A stretch of DNA of 64,000 nt from Octopus vulgaris (Eukaryota): contig OX597829.1 in the NCBI GenBank assembly GCA_951406725.2, positions 18,848,001 to 18,912,000 on the forward strand, in the 5' to 3' direction. The notes under the pieces are model-generated. The model was not told where the DNA came from and did not search any database. It saw nothing but the letters and a program-made list of their open reading frames with translations. The position numbers and the translations under genes are program-made. Shown here one piece after another: positions 1-13,178 of the stretch (position 1 is its first letter; the number at the start of each line of letters is the position of its first letter).

Positions 1-279
1 TACATTTTGAGTTCAAATTCCGCCAAGGTCAATTTTGCCTTTCATCCTTTCAGGGTCGATAAATTAAGTACCAGTTACACACTGGGGTCGATGTAATTGA
101 CTTAATCCCTTTGTCTGTCCTTGTTTGTACTGGGCTTTAAAAAAATAAGTAATGGGGGTCAATTCATTCGACTAATAATTCTTCAAGGCGGTGCCCCAGC
201 ATGGCCACTGTCTAATGATTGAAACAAGTGAAAGAACAAATGAATAAAAGAATGACAAGTGTAAATTATGATGATAATG

Positions 280-920
280 ATAGAAACGATGACGATAGTA
301 GTCAGTACAAAATAGTGATGATGGTGACATTGATGATGATGATGAGGAGGAAGTGGAGTGTGGTGGTGTGACAGTGATGTTGATGATGTTGATGAGGAGG
401 AGGAGGCGGAGAGAAGTGTGATGGTGGTGGTGGTGGTCCTGCGATGATGGTGATAATGATGGTGACGATGATGGTAACATTGATAATGATGATGAGGAAG
501 AGGAGGAGGGGTGTGGTGGTGTGATGTTGATGGTGATGATGGTGATGCTGATGATGATGATAAGGAAGTGGAGTGTGATGGTGGTGGTGGTGGCGGTGTT
601 TGTGGTGTGATGATGGCAGTGGTGGTGATGACGGTGATGATGAGGATGAGGAGTGTGGTGGTGGTGGTGTGATGATGATCAGGAGGAGGAATGTGGTGGT
701 GGCGGTGGTTGTGGCGTGATGATGGTAGTGGTGGTGATGATGGTGATAATGATGAGGAGGAGAAGGAGGAGGAGTGTGGTGGTGGTGGTGTGATGATGAT
801 GAGGAGGAGGAGGAATGTGGTGGTGGCATGTAGTAGTTTCGATGATAACAACAACGATGACGATGATGACGAAGACAGCAATGACATCGACGATGACGAC
901 GATGATGACGAAGACGATCA
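280..920. repeat. Compound (GAT/GGT/GAG)n trinucleotide array with higher-order units
   Basis: Recurring gaggaggag-tgtggtggtg-tgatgatg blocks, ending in (GAC/GAT)n; source of the His/Ser/Pro ORFs. Confidence 0.9.
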
Positions 921-1540
921 ACAGACAAGTATTATTTATCCTGAATGTTATAACTGAAATCATAAACAACAAAAATTAGATAAAAGTACATCAGAAATTA
1001 AGGTGGTGGGGGGGGGTATAAAAAAAAAGAAAACAAAAAACAGGAAAAAAAAAAGAAAAAGTTAAAAGCAATTAAAAAATTTTCCTCTGGGATAAAGGAA
1101 AACGTGTTTCTTGTAATTCATTTCTTCTTCTTTCCTTCCTTCCTTTCTTCTTTCCTTCCACATTCCTACTTGAAAAGCAACAAACTACAGTGAAGCCCAA
1201 TATTTAATAACATTTCAAACAGTGCAGCGTTTTCTAGATATATTTATCAGAGCCCCTCTCTGCTATTTTTAGAAGGGTGAGGTCAAACGAGAAAGGGAAT
1301 CATCAGTTGAATCCCCACCCCCCCACCGCAGTTATTTTTAGCTTTCTCTTAGAAACATGTATGATTCTGAAGATATGATAGTAAAATGGAGACGGTGGTG
1401 GGGTGGGGTGGGGGCCAGGCAGGGAGGGAGGGAGGGTTGCTTCAAAAAGAAATGGAAATGAAGATCTCAAAAATGATAACTAAACCTTTAAAAAAAAGTC
1501 TTTAAAGGAGCAGCAAGCAAACAGTTGATTCTGTGCAAAA

Positions 1541-1599
<59 letters not shown>

Positions 1600-1984
1600 G
1601 GTGGTGGTGGTGGTGGTGGTGGTGGTGATGATGGTGATGGTGGTGGTGGTGTTGGTGGTGGAGATGATGATGATGATGAGGATGATGATGGCACAAGGCC
1701 AGCAGTTTCAGGGGAGGGGATAAGTTGATTACATTGACTCCCCAGGATGCAACAGGTACTTATTTTATCAACCCCGAAAAGATGAAAGGCAAAGTTGACC
1801 TTGGCGGAATTTGAACTCAGACCATAAAAGATGGGTGAAATACCACTAAACATTTTGCCCAGTGTACTAACGATTCTGCCAGCTCTCCACCTCAATAGGC
1901 AAAGTTGACCTAGGCAGAATTTGAACTTATAATAATCATAATAATAATAATAATAATAATAATGATGATGATGATGATGATGAT

Positions 1985-2455
1985 AACAAGAGCACTCTTG
2001 AGTTATATTGTCCACAGACAAACAAACAAACACGATTGAAAACAACACCCCCACCTTCGCTAAGGCAGAGGTAATAATAATAAGAGCACGCAGAGAGCAC
2101 AAACCTCCACCAAGGCAACACCAACATCCTCTCAATGATTAGCCAGAGGTGATTTTTTAAAATGAGAATATCTGAAATAACCTTGACTGCTCTCACAAAT
2201 GAGAATACTAAAAATGAACCTGATTGTTCTCAAAAAAAAAAAAAAACAGGAAAAATAATCCAGAATCCTTGTCTGGTACTGGATTGATCCCAAAATCTAA
2301 TCAGTTTGTGCCAGTCATGAGGCTAAACATCCCTGAAAGTTTTATCTGAATCCATCCTGTGGTTCTTGAGATATCTTGTCCATGGACAAATAAAAGAAAA
2401 AAAAAACAAATGTGATTGAAAACAATACCTCTGCCTTTGCTAAGGCGGAGGTAAT
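1985..2455 (+). mobile_element. Helentron/HINE-like non-autonomous element (partial copy followed by fuller copy)
   Basis: acaagagcac start; terminal hairpin acctctgcctttgctaaggcggaggt preceded by a (caaa)n-like tract; 3' module occurs twice. Confidence 0.45.
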
Positions 2456-3814
2456 AATAATCCTTTCTACTAATGGCACAAGGCTTGAAATTTTGGGGGA
2501 GAGGACTAGTTAATTACATCGACCCCCAGTGTTTCACTGGTACTTGATTTATCAATCCCAAAAAGATGAAAGGCAAAGTTAACCTCAGTAAAATTTAAAT
2601 TTATAATAATAATAATGGTTTCAAATTTTAGCACAGGCCTGGAATTTTGGAGGAATATTATGGTAAATTATATTGACCCCTTAAGCTTGACTGGTATTTA
2701 TTTTATTGACCCTGAAAAGATGAAAAGTAAAGTCTTAATATTCTGCTCAATACCACAGAGTTATTTGTCAGTTACTTGACCTTAACCAGTTGAGCATGTC
2801 CCTTAATGGTTGATGATATGTGCATCTCTGATCACGAGCAAGAGTAGTGGGGAAGCGTCATAGCCATGTTATCATCATCGTCATTGTTTAATGTTTGCCT
2901 TCCCTGCTGGCATGGGTTGGATGGTTTGACAGGAGCTAGCCAGGCTTCTGTGTGTGTTTTGCCATGGTTTTTTATGACTGGATGCCCTTCCTAACACCTA
3001 TTACTCTGTAAAGTAAGGAAACAAATTCTTTGGGGATTGAATAATTCATCCCTGGAAACATGAGTGTTTCATTCATCATCCTTAAACAAACCTTATTTAG
3101 GGACCTTTTAAATGGGATGGGCTACTTGACCTGAAAAAAATTCTAACTAGGGCCCTGCCTGCAAGGTCATGCACTGTTTATCATGATATGAGACCACCAT
3201 GTTACACAAATATGGCTGTGATGCATGTGCCTGGTGTCCCATTATCAGTCATAATGGGTATATTGGGCTTCATATGCTTGTATCCTGGTGTCACTTTTGT
3301 GGCATGTGCTACTCTTTCACTTAATAATAATGATAATCTTTTCTACTATAGGCCCAAGACCTGAAACTTTGGGGAGGGGGGTCTAGTCAATTACATCAAC
3401 CCCAGTGTTTTTTTGTACTTAATTTATCGACTCCGAAAGGACGAACGGCAAAGTTGGCCTCAACAGGATTTGAATGCAGAATGTAAAGACGGATGAAATG
3501 CCATGAAGTATTTTGCCCAGTGGGCTAATGATTCTGCTAGCTTACTGCCTTAATAAATAAATAAATGAATAATAATTATAATAATAATAATAATCCTTTC
3601 TACTATGGGTGGAAGGCCTGAAATTTTGGGGGAGTCTAGTTAATGACATCGACCCTAGTGTTTCACTGGTACTTAATTTATTGACCCCGAAAGGACAAAA
3701 GGCAAAGTCAACCTCAGCAAGATTTGAACTCAGGACGTAGCGACAGGTGAAATACTACTAAGAATTTTGTCCAGCATGCTAGTGATTCTGCCAGCTTGCT
3801 ACCTTAATAATAAT

Positions 3815-4205
3815 CATCATCATCATCATCATCATCATTTAACGTCCGCTTTCCATGCTAGCATGGGTTGGACGGTTCAACTGGGGTCTGAGGAGCCCGA
3901 AGGCTGCACCAGGCCAGTCAGATCTGGCAGTGTTTCTACAGCTGGATGCCCTTCCTAACGCCAACCACTCCGAGAGTGTAGTGGGTGATTTTATGTGCCA
4001 CCGACACAGTGCCAGATGAGGCTGGCAGACGGCCACGCTCGGATGGTGTTTTTATGTGCCACCGACACAGGTGCCAGATGAGGCTGGCGAACGGCCACGA
4101 TCGGATGGTGTTTGTTACGTGCCCACAGCACGGAGGCCAGTCGATGCGGTACTGGCTACGGCCACGTTCGGATGGTTTTCTTGTATGCCACCGGCACTGG
4201 TACCG
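3815..4205 (-). mobile_element. RTE-clade LINE 3' UTR/tail ending in (GAT)n
   Basis: Reverse complement of gtggttggcgttaggaagggcatccagctgtagaaac..agcatggaaagcggacgttaaatgatgatg; the same tail follows RTE ORF ends at 21325-22298, 23200-24123, 58545-58960. Other copies near 2870, 30045, 34080, 37255, 37740, 42095, 45330, 53300, 59415, 60312. Confidence 0.85.
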
Positions 4206-4483
4206 ATAATAATGATAATAATAATGATGATAATAATAATGATGATAATAATAATAATAATAATGCTTTCTAATTTTGGCATAAGACTAGCAATTTTAGG
4301 GGAAAGAGGTTAGTTACTTATATTGGCCTCATTTTATGACTGGTACTTTATTTTATTGATCACAGAAAAATGAAAGGGAAAGTAGTTGACCTTTGTGAGA
4401 TTTTGAAGAAGGAAGGCAAGGAGGAGGAGGAGGAGAAGAAGAAGAAGAAGTTGGTGGGAATAATATTGATGATGATGAGGATG

Positions 4484-4517
<34 letters not shown>

Positions 4518-5093
4518 CAAAAGCTTTCATCAAATATGTGTGTGCGTTGTGTGTTGTTTGTGTATGTGTCTCTTGTAAGGGTATGTGTGTGTTGTGTGTG
4601 TCTGTGTCTATGTATGTGTAATTGTAGGTGTGTTTGTGCCTTAGTGTGTGTGCACGAGTGTGTATGTGTGTGCACAAGCGTGTATGTGTGTACATGTGTG
4701 CATGCACGTGTGTATGTGTTTGCATGTGTCTATGAATGCATGTATGTATGTGCGTTTATGTGTGCTTGTGTCCTTTTTGTATTTTGACAGTGTAATCTTC
4801 CATTAAAAAAAAAAAAAAAAAGCAAAAAAAAAAAACAAAAACAAAAAAAAAAACAAAATACAAAAACCATTTTTTGTATGAAAAGCCAGGGAATAAATGA
4901 GCACCTTAAGAGGAAACAAGTAAGTGTTGGTGACAGGAACTGCATTCAGCTGTCGTTTTATTGCTTTGATGAAACAAGCAAGCGGTTGTAAAGAAGGAGA
5001 AACAAAGAGAAACAAAGAATGTGTAGGAGACAGTAAGCTAGGTTATCGTTTTCTAGGCTGTAATACAATATAATCACATTGTTTGTAATATAC

Positions 5094-5149
<56 letters not shown>

Positions 5150-5455
5150 CAGCAGCAGTAGCAGCAGTAGCAGTAGCAGCAGCAGTAGCAGTAGGAGTGG
5201 TGGCGGCAGTGGTGGTGGTGGTGGTGGTGGTGGTGGTGGTTCTTCTTTCTGCTATTGGCACAAGGCCTGACATTTTTAGAGAAGGGAGTAGTTGATTATA
5301 TCAGCCCCAGTTCGCAACTGGTACTTATTTTATCAACCCCGAAAGGATGAAAGGCAAATTCGACCTTGGCTGAACTTGAACTCAGAATGTAAAGATGGGC
5401 AAAATGCCACATAAAAGTTTTGTCCAGTGTGCAAACAATTCTGCCAGCTGCCTTA

Positions 5456-5491
<36 letters not shown>

Positions 5492-6581
5492 CCTTTCTAC
5501 TCTAGGCAGAAGGCCTGAAAATTGGGGGAGGGGGATAGTCAATTAGATCGACCCCAATATGCAACTGGTACTTCATTTATCGACCCTGAAAGGATGAAAG
5601 GCAAAGTCAACCTTAGCAGAATTTGAACTCAGAATGTAAAGACAGACAAAATGCCACTAAGCATTTCACCCAGCGTAATAATAATGATGATCATAATAAC
5701 AACAACAACAACAACAACAACAACCAACAACAAAAACAACAACAATAATAATGGCTTCAAATTTTGGCACATGGCCAGCAATTTCGGGGTAAGTGGGCCC
5801 TAGTGTTTCACTGGTACTTATTTTAACAACCTTGACAAGATGAAAGGCAAAGTGAACCTCAGTGGAATTTGAACTCAGAACATAGCATTCATCTGGTATG
5901 CTAATGATTCTGCTAGCTCACCACCCTAATAATGACAATAATAATAATAACGGTGAAGTTGATGATGATAAAGAGGAGGAGAAGAAAGAAGGAAGAAGGT
6001 AGTAATGATGATGATGTGCGCATGAGTGTGTGAGTGCATGTGTGTATGTATGTCTGTCATTCCCATTATATATCTATGATCTGGTTAGTAAGGGTGTATA
6101 AGAAAAATCTATGTAAATATTTCTACTTTCTCTAAGAGCATTTAATACTGGACACAACACAAACAACAGTTAAATTCCTCTCAGATCAAGCACTACCATC
6201 TTACAGAATAGAAGAATTCATTGAACATTCCTCTTCCCCACCACTTTTTTTTTTTCTTGGTTATGATTTGATCTGGAGAAAGGATTTACATTCTTACTCT
6301 TCCTATGCCTTTGGATATATAATCCTGAAATCCTGGAAATATAAATCTCTGATATGCAATAACTGGGATGGGCATGGTTGGAACTGAACTGCAACAATAA
6401 TGTTAACAAAATGAAATTAATCCAGTGTAGAAGTAAATCGTGGTTTGGATTTGGTCCAAAACAAAGCACTCATTGAAACCTTATCCAGATATGTGATTGT
6501 GTATTAAGTTTTACCAGCTACTAAGAGAAACTCATCGTTCTCATTGGACATTCTAGAAATAGCAGTCAAATATCTCTGAAG

Positions 6582-6660
<79 letters not shown>

Positions 6661-6879
6661 CTACTATCATCAAAAACAAAAAAAGAAAATGAAGGACACC
6701 TAATTATAGATAGGTGTAGGCATGGCTGGGTGATAAGAAGCTTACTTCCCAACCACATGGTTCTGAGTTCAGTCCCACTGTGTTGCACATTGAGCAAATG
6801 TCTTCTACTATAGCCTTGGGCTGGCCAAATCCTTGTGAGTGGATTTGGTGGATGGAAACTTGATATGTATGTATGTATA

Positions 6880-6919
<40 letters not shown>

Positions 6920-6975
6920 AAACAAGTCAAAATAGAAAATGCTAAAATAATTTATAGTGAACATTTAGCCGGTTC

Positions 6976-7195
6976 AGTCATTTTGAGACTTTTCATTAAA
7001 TAATTAAATTTAGAAAAATTATTTTTAAAAGAATATTTCTATAGTAGTAGATGTTCTGCCTTTCTCTGACTCCTTGTTTGCACTCCAAGGGAGTCAGAGA
7101 AACAGAATGTCTGAACACTACTATAGAAATATTCTTTTAAAAAACTTTTCTTCTAATTTTTCTAAATTTAATTATTTATATATCTCAAAATGACT
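6976..7195. repeat. Imperfect fold-back inverted repeat
   Basis: agtcattttgaga/tctcaaaatgact, taattaaatttagaaaaatta/taatttttctaaatttaatta, aagaatatttctatagtagt/actactatagaaatattctt, tttctctgactcc/ggagtcagagaaa. Confidence 0.85.
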
Positions 7196-7265
7196 ATATA
7201 AATGTTCACTATATATTTTTGACTTGTTTTCATATATATCAACTCGTGTGTTCCTTTTCACCCTT

Positions 7266-7299
<34 letters not shown>

Positions 7300-7302
<3 letters not shown>

Positions 7303-8148
7303 TGTGGCTGTGTGGTAAGAAGCTAGCTTCCAAAGGTGGCGAGCTGGCAGAACCGTTAGCATACCGGGCGAAATGCTCAGCGGTATTTCGTCTGCCGTTA
7401 CGTTCTGAGTTCAAATTCCGCCGAGGTCGACTTTGCCTTTCATCCTTTCGGGGTCGATAATTTAAGTACCAGTTATGCACTGGGGTCTATATAATTGACT
7501 TAATCCGTTTGTCTGTCCTTGTTTGTACCCTCTGTGTTTAGCCCCTTGTGGGTAGTAAAGAAATAGGTATTTCGTCTACCACTACGTTCTGAGTTCAAAT
7601 TCCACCGAGGCTGACTTTGCCTTTCATCCTATTGGGGTCGATAAATTAAATACCAGTTACATGCTGGGGTCAATATAATCGATTTAACCCCTTTTTCTGT
7701 CCTTGTTTGTCCCCTCTATGTTTAACCCCTTGTGGGCAATAAAGAAATAAGAAGCTAGCTTCCAAACCACATCACTCTGGGTTCAGTCCCACTGCATGGC
7801 ACCTTAGACAAGTGTCTTCCACTACAGCCTTTGCCCAACCAAAGCCTTGTGAATGGATTACGTAGACAGAAACTGAAAGAAGTCCATTATGTATATGTAT
7901 ACATATATATGTCTCTGTGTGTGTCTTTGTGTCTGTATTGTCCCCCACCACCACTTGGCAACCAGTGTTGGTGTGTTTGCATCCCCATAATTTTGCAGTT
8001 TGGCAAAAGGGACTAATCGAATAAGTATCAGGCTTAAAAGAAAAATAAGTATTGGGGTTGATTTATTCCATTAAAAATTCTTCAAGGTGGTGCCCCAGCA
8101 TGGCCACAGTCTAATGATTGAAACAAATAAAAGATAAAAGATAAAAAA
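7300..8148 (+). mobile_element. SINE-A copy interrupted by a SINE-B dimer (7335-7747)
   Basis: 19-bp target-site duplication taagaagctagcttccaaa at 7316-7334 and 7748-7766; SINE-A resumes afterwards. Confidence 0.9.
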
Positions 8149-8565
8149 TAGAGTCAGAAGATGATCACAGCTGAAATACAAGACCCTACCTAATAGGTGG
8201 ACTTGTTAGAAATAGCTGCTAAAATTTCCTTGAACCATACCCGGGGAAAAAAAAAATTAGTAAAACAACTTCGTATTTGGGAACTTAATTAACCCAGAAT
8301 TTTTATCCATTTTAATTTAGACCACCTTAAAACAGGAAGATTGTATCATAGAAGCAGTGATGGTCATATGTGGGTCGGTGTCATGAAAGGTTAAATGATA
8401 TATATAACATGCTACTCATGCTTATACCTCTCTCTTTGTCGCAGTCTCTGTGTGTTTCTCTTATCAAAATTTTAACTCTTAATCATATTATCAATAGTTT
8501 TCACTCTTTACTTTGCTTTACATTATTTTTTTGTGTGATTGAAGGCATGGGCTGTTAGACATGTG

Positions 8566-8620
<55 letters not shown>

Positions 8621-9543
8621 ACAGTATAGATGTAGCCAGAGCAGTTAATTTTGCACTTGTTTGACTGAGCATGGAAAGTGAAATAAGGTAATGAGGGAGC
8701 CCTTATTTGTTCACTCAGCTAAATAATTTTTAGGGTTTCTTAATTATTCTAGATTTAACTATTCACTTTATTATACTTCAATTCCAAAATCTTTTTTCCA
8801 TCAAAGCTCCACCATAATTACCCCTTCCTGTATGCGTCATATATTTCATTATTATTTTATTTCTATATTCTTAATCTTATCTCATACACTTCTTAGTAAG
8901 TAGATATTACTTAGCATGTGAGTATGTGTGTGTGTATGTGAGTGTATGTATTTAAGCATATATATATATAAGGTTTTGTTTGCATACAATGTTTAAAGAT
9001 ACAAACTGTATTTCTTATCTTTTATCTTAAGAATAGATGCGTTCCTGTTTCCTGGCGCCAGATTTCAAAACTCTAGTTAAATTAAATGGTCAACTATCTT
9101 GCATTGAATGTGACATTTTAGTTTTACTAGCTCTATCATCAACTGCCTATCAAAATTTCTCTCACTCATGAATTCCAATGTATGAATAGAAGATGTCTGT
9201 TTGACCACTCCCCTTTAAGATAAGCATATATTACTTTCATTGCCTTAGGAATGGAGTTGTTTGATTGGTTGCCAAATTTAATGCCTCCACCCTATGTTGA
9301 ATTTTCTTGTTTCATTCAAGATTTGCTATAAATGTTCTCCACCTCAATGATTTATTGTATTTTCACTAAAATATGTGACAGAATATCACCTGAAGAAATG
9401 GAATGGTTATATAGAATTTTAAATTTATGCAATGTTTTCTAATAACTTAGGTAATGAACTCACATTTGGAATAAACCACACACTTGGAACCAATCCTATG
9501 TCAGATTAATGGTTTATATCGGACTGAGTACGTGTGTGCGTGC

Positions 9544-9577
<34 letters not shown>

Positions 9578-9709
9578 TTATATATACATATAGCATACCA
9601 CCAACAAACAATAACTAAGAATGCAAGTAGGATGGTGTTATTGAAGAGTCTGGCATCTAAGATCTTGTTTAGCTTTGCTTTGAGCACATCCTATATTGAG
9701 GTACCCCCT

Positions 9710-9748
<39 letters not shown>

Positions 9749-9891
9749 AGCAAATAATTCATGAGAAAATATTTGCGAAGATATCATTGACTCTTTTATT
9801 ATCTAGTGTAACGATTAAAAATGATAACAGAATCGATAATATAGGCAATTGCAGGCCCAGAAAAGCATTAAATAACAGAAGGATTAAAATT

Positions 9892-10021
9892 AATCAAAGG
9901 ACATACTAAGTATGTCTACCTGCTGGAAATAACAGTCAAAACTCTGATTCAAATCGCCATTTGAATAAGAGTTTTGACTGTTATTTTCAGCAGGTAGACA
10001 TACTTATTATGTCCTTTGATT
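9892..10021. repeat. 63-bp-arm palindrome with 4-nt loop
   Basis: aatcaaaggacatactaagtatgtctacctgctg..ttcaaat CGCC atttgaa..cagcaggtagacatacttattatgtcctttgatt; about 3 mismatches. Confidence 0.9.
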
Positions 10022-10473
10022 GATTTCATATATCTATAGATATAAAACTCAACTTGTGTCTCTGTGTGTGTATCTGTGTGTGTGTCTGTGTGTTTAACTT
10101 CCTGGCACATCTCCTCCAAGCCAACAAATCGTAGAAACACCAAAAATGGGTCACTTAAAGTTTAGGCAAATGAAAATTGAACTGTGCTATTTCTGTTCCG
10201 AAATTCATCTCGCAAGTGCAAAAATCGATAATGTGTTTGTTAAGGCCTTATGCCATGCATTGAATAGTGAACTTTACTCAGTCAGCTGTTTGACGTGAAC
10301 TGTGTTCACCACGCGTGCAAGCATGCGTAAATTGCATGAAAAATAAAAATCAAGATATAAAAACGAATCGCCGTAAACATTGTAGAAATTCGGCAAAGAA
10401 ATGAATTTTCGGGATGTAGCCTGGAGGGTTTTTTTTTATTAATCGTTTGGACTTTGTGAACACATACCAATTA

Positions 10474-10833
10474 TCTATATATATAAAGCTGAAGTTGTCT
10501 GTGTATGGCAGGTTTGGTAGCCTTCAACTAACACTATCTCCTCCGAGACCCTGCGGCGCAAGTTGACCAAAATTGTGAGTATGATAGAAGAAGGCTTGCT
10601 CTTCCTTCCGTAGAACCAAAAATTATTTACAATCGGACCAAAAATTATTTACATCAAAAGGTGCTTTTTTTCTATGAAAATCCCTATTTTTTTACGATTT
10701 TTTGGCTGTTGCCATTTTTTGGTGTATTTCAACCAGAAAAATGTTCACTTAAAGAGAATAACAAGCTACATAATGCAAAATCTTTACTTATCAAAAATTC
10801 CAATTCTAAAGCAACGCCAGGTGATACTGCTAG
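10474..10833 (+). mobile_element. Non-autonomous Helitron
   Basis: A|TC start, CTAG|T end; subterminal gcaacgccaggtgatactgctag matches the copies at 12185 and 36206. Confidence 0.7.
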
Positions 10834-10844
10834 TATATATATAT

Positions 10845-11261
10845 ACTCTTTTTACTCTTTTTTTTTACTCTTTTTACTTGTTTCAGTCATTTGACTGTGG
10901 CCATGCTGGAGCACCACCTTTAGTCGAGCAAATCGACCCCGGGACTTATTCTTTGTAAGCCCAGTACTTATTCTATCGGTCTCTTTTGCCGAACCGCTAA
11001 GTGACGGGGACGTAAACACACCAGCATCGGTTGTCAAGCAATGCTAGGGAAACAAACACAGACACACAAACATATTCACACACACTTATATATATATACA
11101 TATATACGACAGGCTTCTTTCAGTTTCCGTCTACCAAATCCACTCACAAGGCATTGGTCGGCCCGGGGCTATAGCAGAAGACACTTGCCCAAGATGCCAC
11201 GCAGTGGGACTGAACCCGGAACCATGTGGTTGGTTAGCAAGCTACTTACCAAACAGCCACT

Positions 11262-11263
<2 letters not shown>
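10845..11263 (-). mobile_element. SINE-A, near full length
   Basis: Reverse complement of 41583-41963; tRNA-like A/B boxes, internal (TA/TG)n, CR1-like tail. Confidence 0.9.
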
Positions 11264-11307
<44 letters not shown>

Positions 11308-11518
11308 TAGATATATAGATACATACATATATATATATATTTGTTGTGTCTGGAGAGAGTCATATTGTCTTAATGCCTTTTTATGTAACACACACACCAG
11401 TTCAATTTCCCTTCATTTATTATTTATATATGTTTTTTTCTTCCAAAATTTTCATTGCTTTTGCAACCTTGGCAATATCTATTTGTGTGTGTGTGTGTAT
11501 GTGTGTGTGTGTGTGTTT

Positions 11519-11601
11519 TTGACAGTAACTTCAAAGTTTCCACCAGCTAAGCCATCATCAGATGATGGCTTAGCTGGCCAAAACTTCGGAGTCACTGTCA
11601 A
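11519..11601. ncRNA. Palindrome centred on a degenerate hammerhead ribozyme core
   Basis: Perfect 17-bp arms ccagctaagccatcatc-a-gatgatggcttagctgg; minus strand reads CTGATGA..GAAA; plus strand reads GGC-loop-GCC-aAAA-CTTCGGAG-TC. Confidence 0.6.
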
Positions 11602-12184
11602 CAGCATTATAAGAATGCTAAATTTGCATGCTATGAAAGTATAGAGTAAACCCATCAGATTAATGTGAAATTGTCTTTTTATTATAACAACAGAAAAACA
11701 AACATTAATGTGTGTGTGTGTGTGTGTGTATGTGTGTACCTGTGTATGTGTCTGTGTGTGTGTGTATGTATGCTTCAGTATATTTTGCTTAATCCAAGCT
11801 TGCATCCCCAAAAGCAGATGTTAAAATGATGATGATGATGATGATGACGACGATGGTGGTGGTGGTGGTGGTGGTGGTGGTGGTGGTGGTGGTGGTGGTG
11901 GTGGTGGTGGTGTGGTGGTGGTGGTGGTGGCGGTGGCGGCAGCATTTGTAATTTCAGTTCTTATGGGGATTAGAATTCTTGTAACAGTAGAGAAACCGCC
12001 ATATTCCCATGATTCTGTGGGCAATGATGTTTCCTAAGCAAACTGGAAAAAAAAAAATGAAGAAGTGTCTGATGAAAAGTGATAAAAGACCACATTTTTG
12101 TTAATTTATGAGTGTGTGTGCACGTGATTTGACAGTTGTTTCCAGCAGGTCATTTAACCAGATAGAATCCTTCTTATCAGAATA

Positions 12185-12566
12185 CTAGCAGTATCGCCCG
12201 GCGTTGCTCGGGTTTGTAAGGGAAATAACTATAAAGCATTTTTAGAGAGTTATAGCCAAAATATAGCAAAAAAATGTGAAAAAAATTATGGTAAATTTTT
12301 TTTGAGAGTTAAAAAGGTGGAGTTGCGTCCCCTAGACAGTCTGTGGTTTGTTTTTGATTCTCGACCCCATGTCGAATTTATCGATTTTTTTCAGAACTGG
12401 GGGAACTTTTCAAAATTTTCACTGCGTTATTTTTGAATTATGACATTGGGCTATGTGTGTGTCAAGTTTCATAAGAATCGGTTGAAAGCCGTGGTCAGAG
12501 TGAGGGTACGAGAAAACAGACACACAGAAACACACACAGACAAACTGCCGTTTATATAGAGAGAGA
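12185..12566 (-). mobile_element. Non-autonomous Helitron
   Basis: On minus strand: 5' TC, 3' hairpin cccgagcaacgccggg then CTAG, inserted between A and T with no TSD; shares ~200 bp with 36206-36697. Confidence 0.8.
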
Positions 12567-12924
12567 TGATGACATTTGTGCTTATTGTGAGAAGAGCAAA
12601 GACAAAAGTAAGAAAGGCCATAGAAAGTGCATTGTATGTAGCCTTGAACATAATCGGATTGCTGCATGCATACTGGCCGCTCTGTTTGTGTGTGTGTGTG
12701 TGTGTCCATGGGTGTGTTGGCATGTGTGTGTACATTACCTATTCTGTACAGTGTTGAGTAATCATTCACAGACTTCCTTCTCCCGTAAAGAGCCGGAGAG
12801 AGTCTGGGTGGGGACTCTCCTGTACCTGATCAGTGACAACCCGATGGAAGTTTATTTGTTTGTTTATTTATTTATTTAGTTATTTATAGGCCAGCCTTTG
12901 GTCTTTTGATCCTACTTGATCTCA

Positions 12925-13147
12925 GTGTGCATGCATGCATACTCTCTCACACATACACACACACACACATACACCATGCATACACACACATACACCATGC
13001 ACACAAATATACACCATGCACACACACACACATGCACGCCGAAATAACAAGAGTACATGTGCATAAAAACCACAGAAACACACACACACACACACACACA
13101 TACACACATAACACACACATATACGCACACACATGCACACACATGCT

Positions 13148-13178
<31 letters not shown>

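Larger units (their letters stand above)
1690..5930 (-). mobile_element. Cluster of ~9 same-orientation SINE-B copies (tRNA-like head, GCCTTTCATCCTTTCGGGGTCGATAAA central domain) separated mostly by (TAA)n
   Basis: Repeated cctttctacta..ggcctgaaatttt..cccgaaaggatgaaaggcaaagtcgacc..tctgccagct at ~1690, 2460, 2615, 3340, 3592, 4265, 5242, 5490, 5750. Confidence 0.85.

Noticed and set aside
172-972. Long His/Ser/Pro/Asp-rich ORFs
   Set aside because: Trinucleotide arrays open in several frames; the same applies at 1488-2196, 28832-29476, 49574-51038 and 59530-60029
2740-3325. Coding region
   Set aside because: No recognisable frame; probably an unclassified interspersed repeat split by an RTE tail, but only one copy is visible
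4910-4955. Splice donor caag|gtaagt
   Set aside because: Part of a decayed repeat motif (gtaagtgttggtga.aggaa) also seen at 24549
9000-9500. Decayed transposon ORF
   Set aside because: Only vague motif resemblance; cannot be supported without a search
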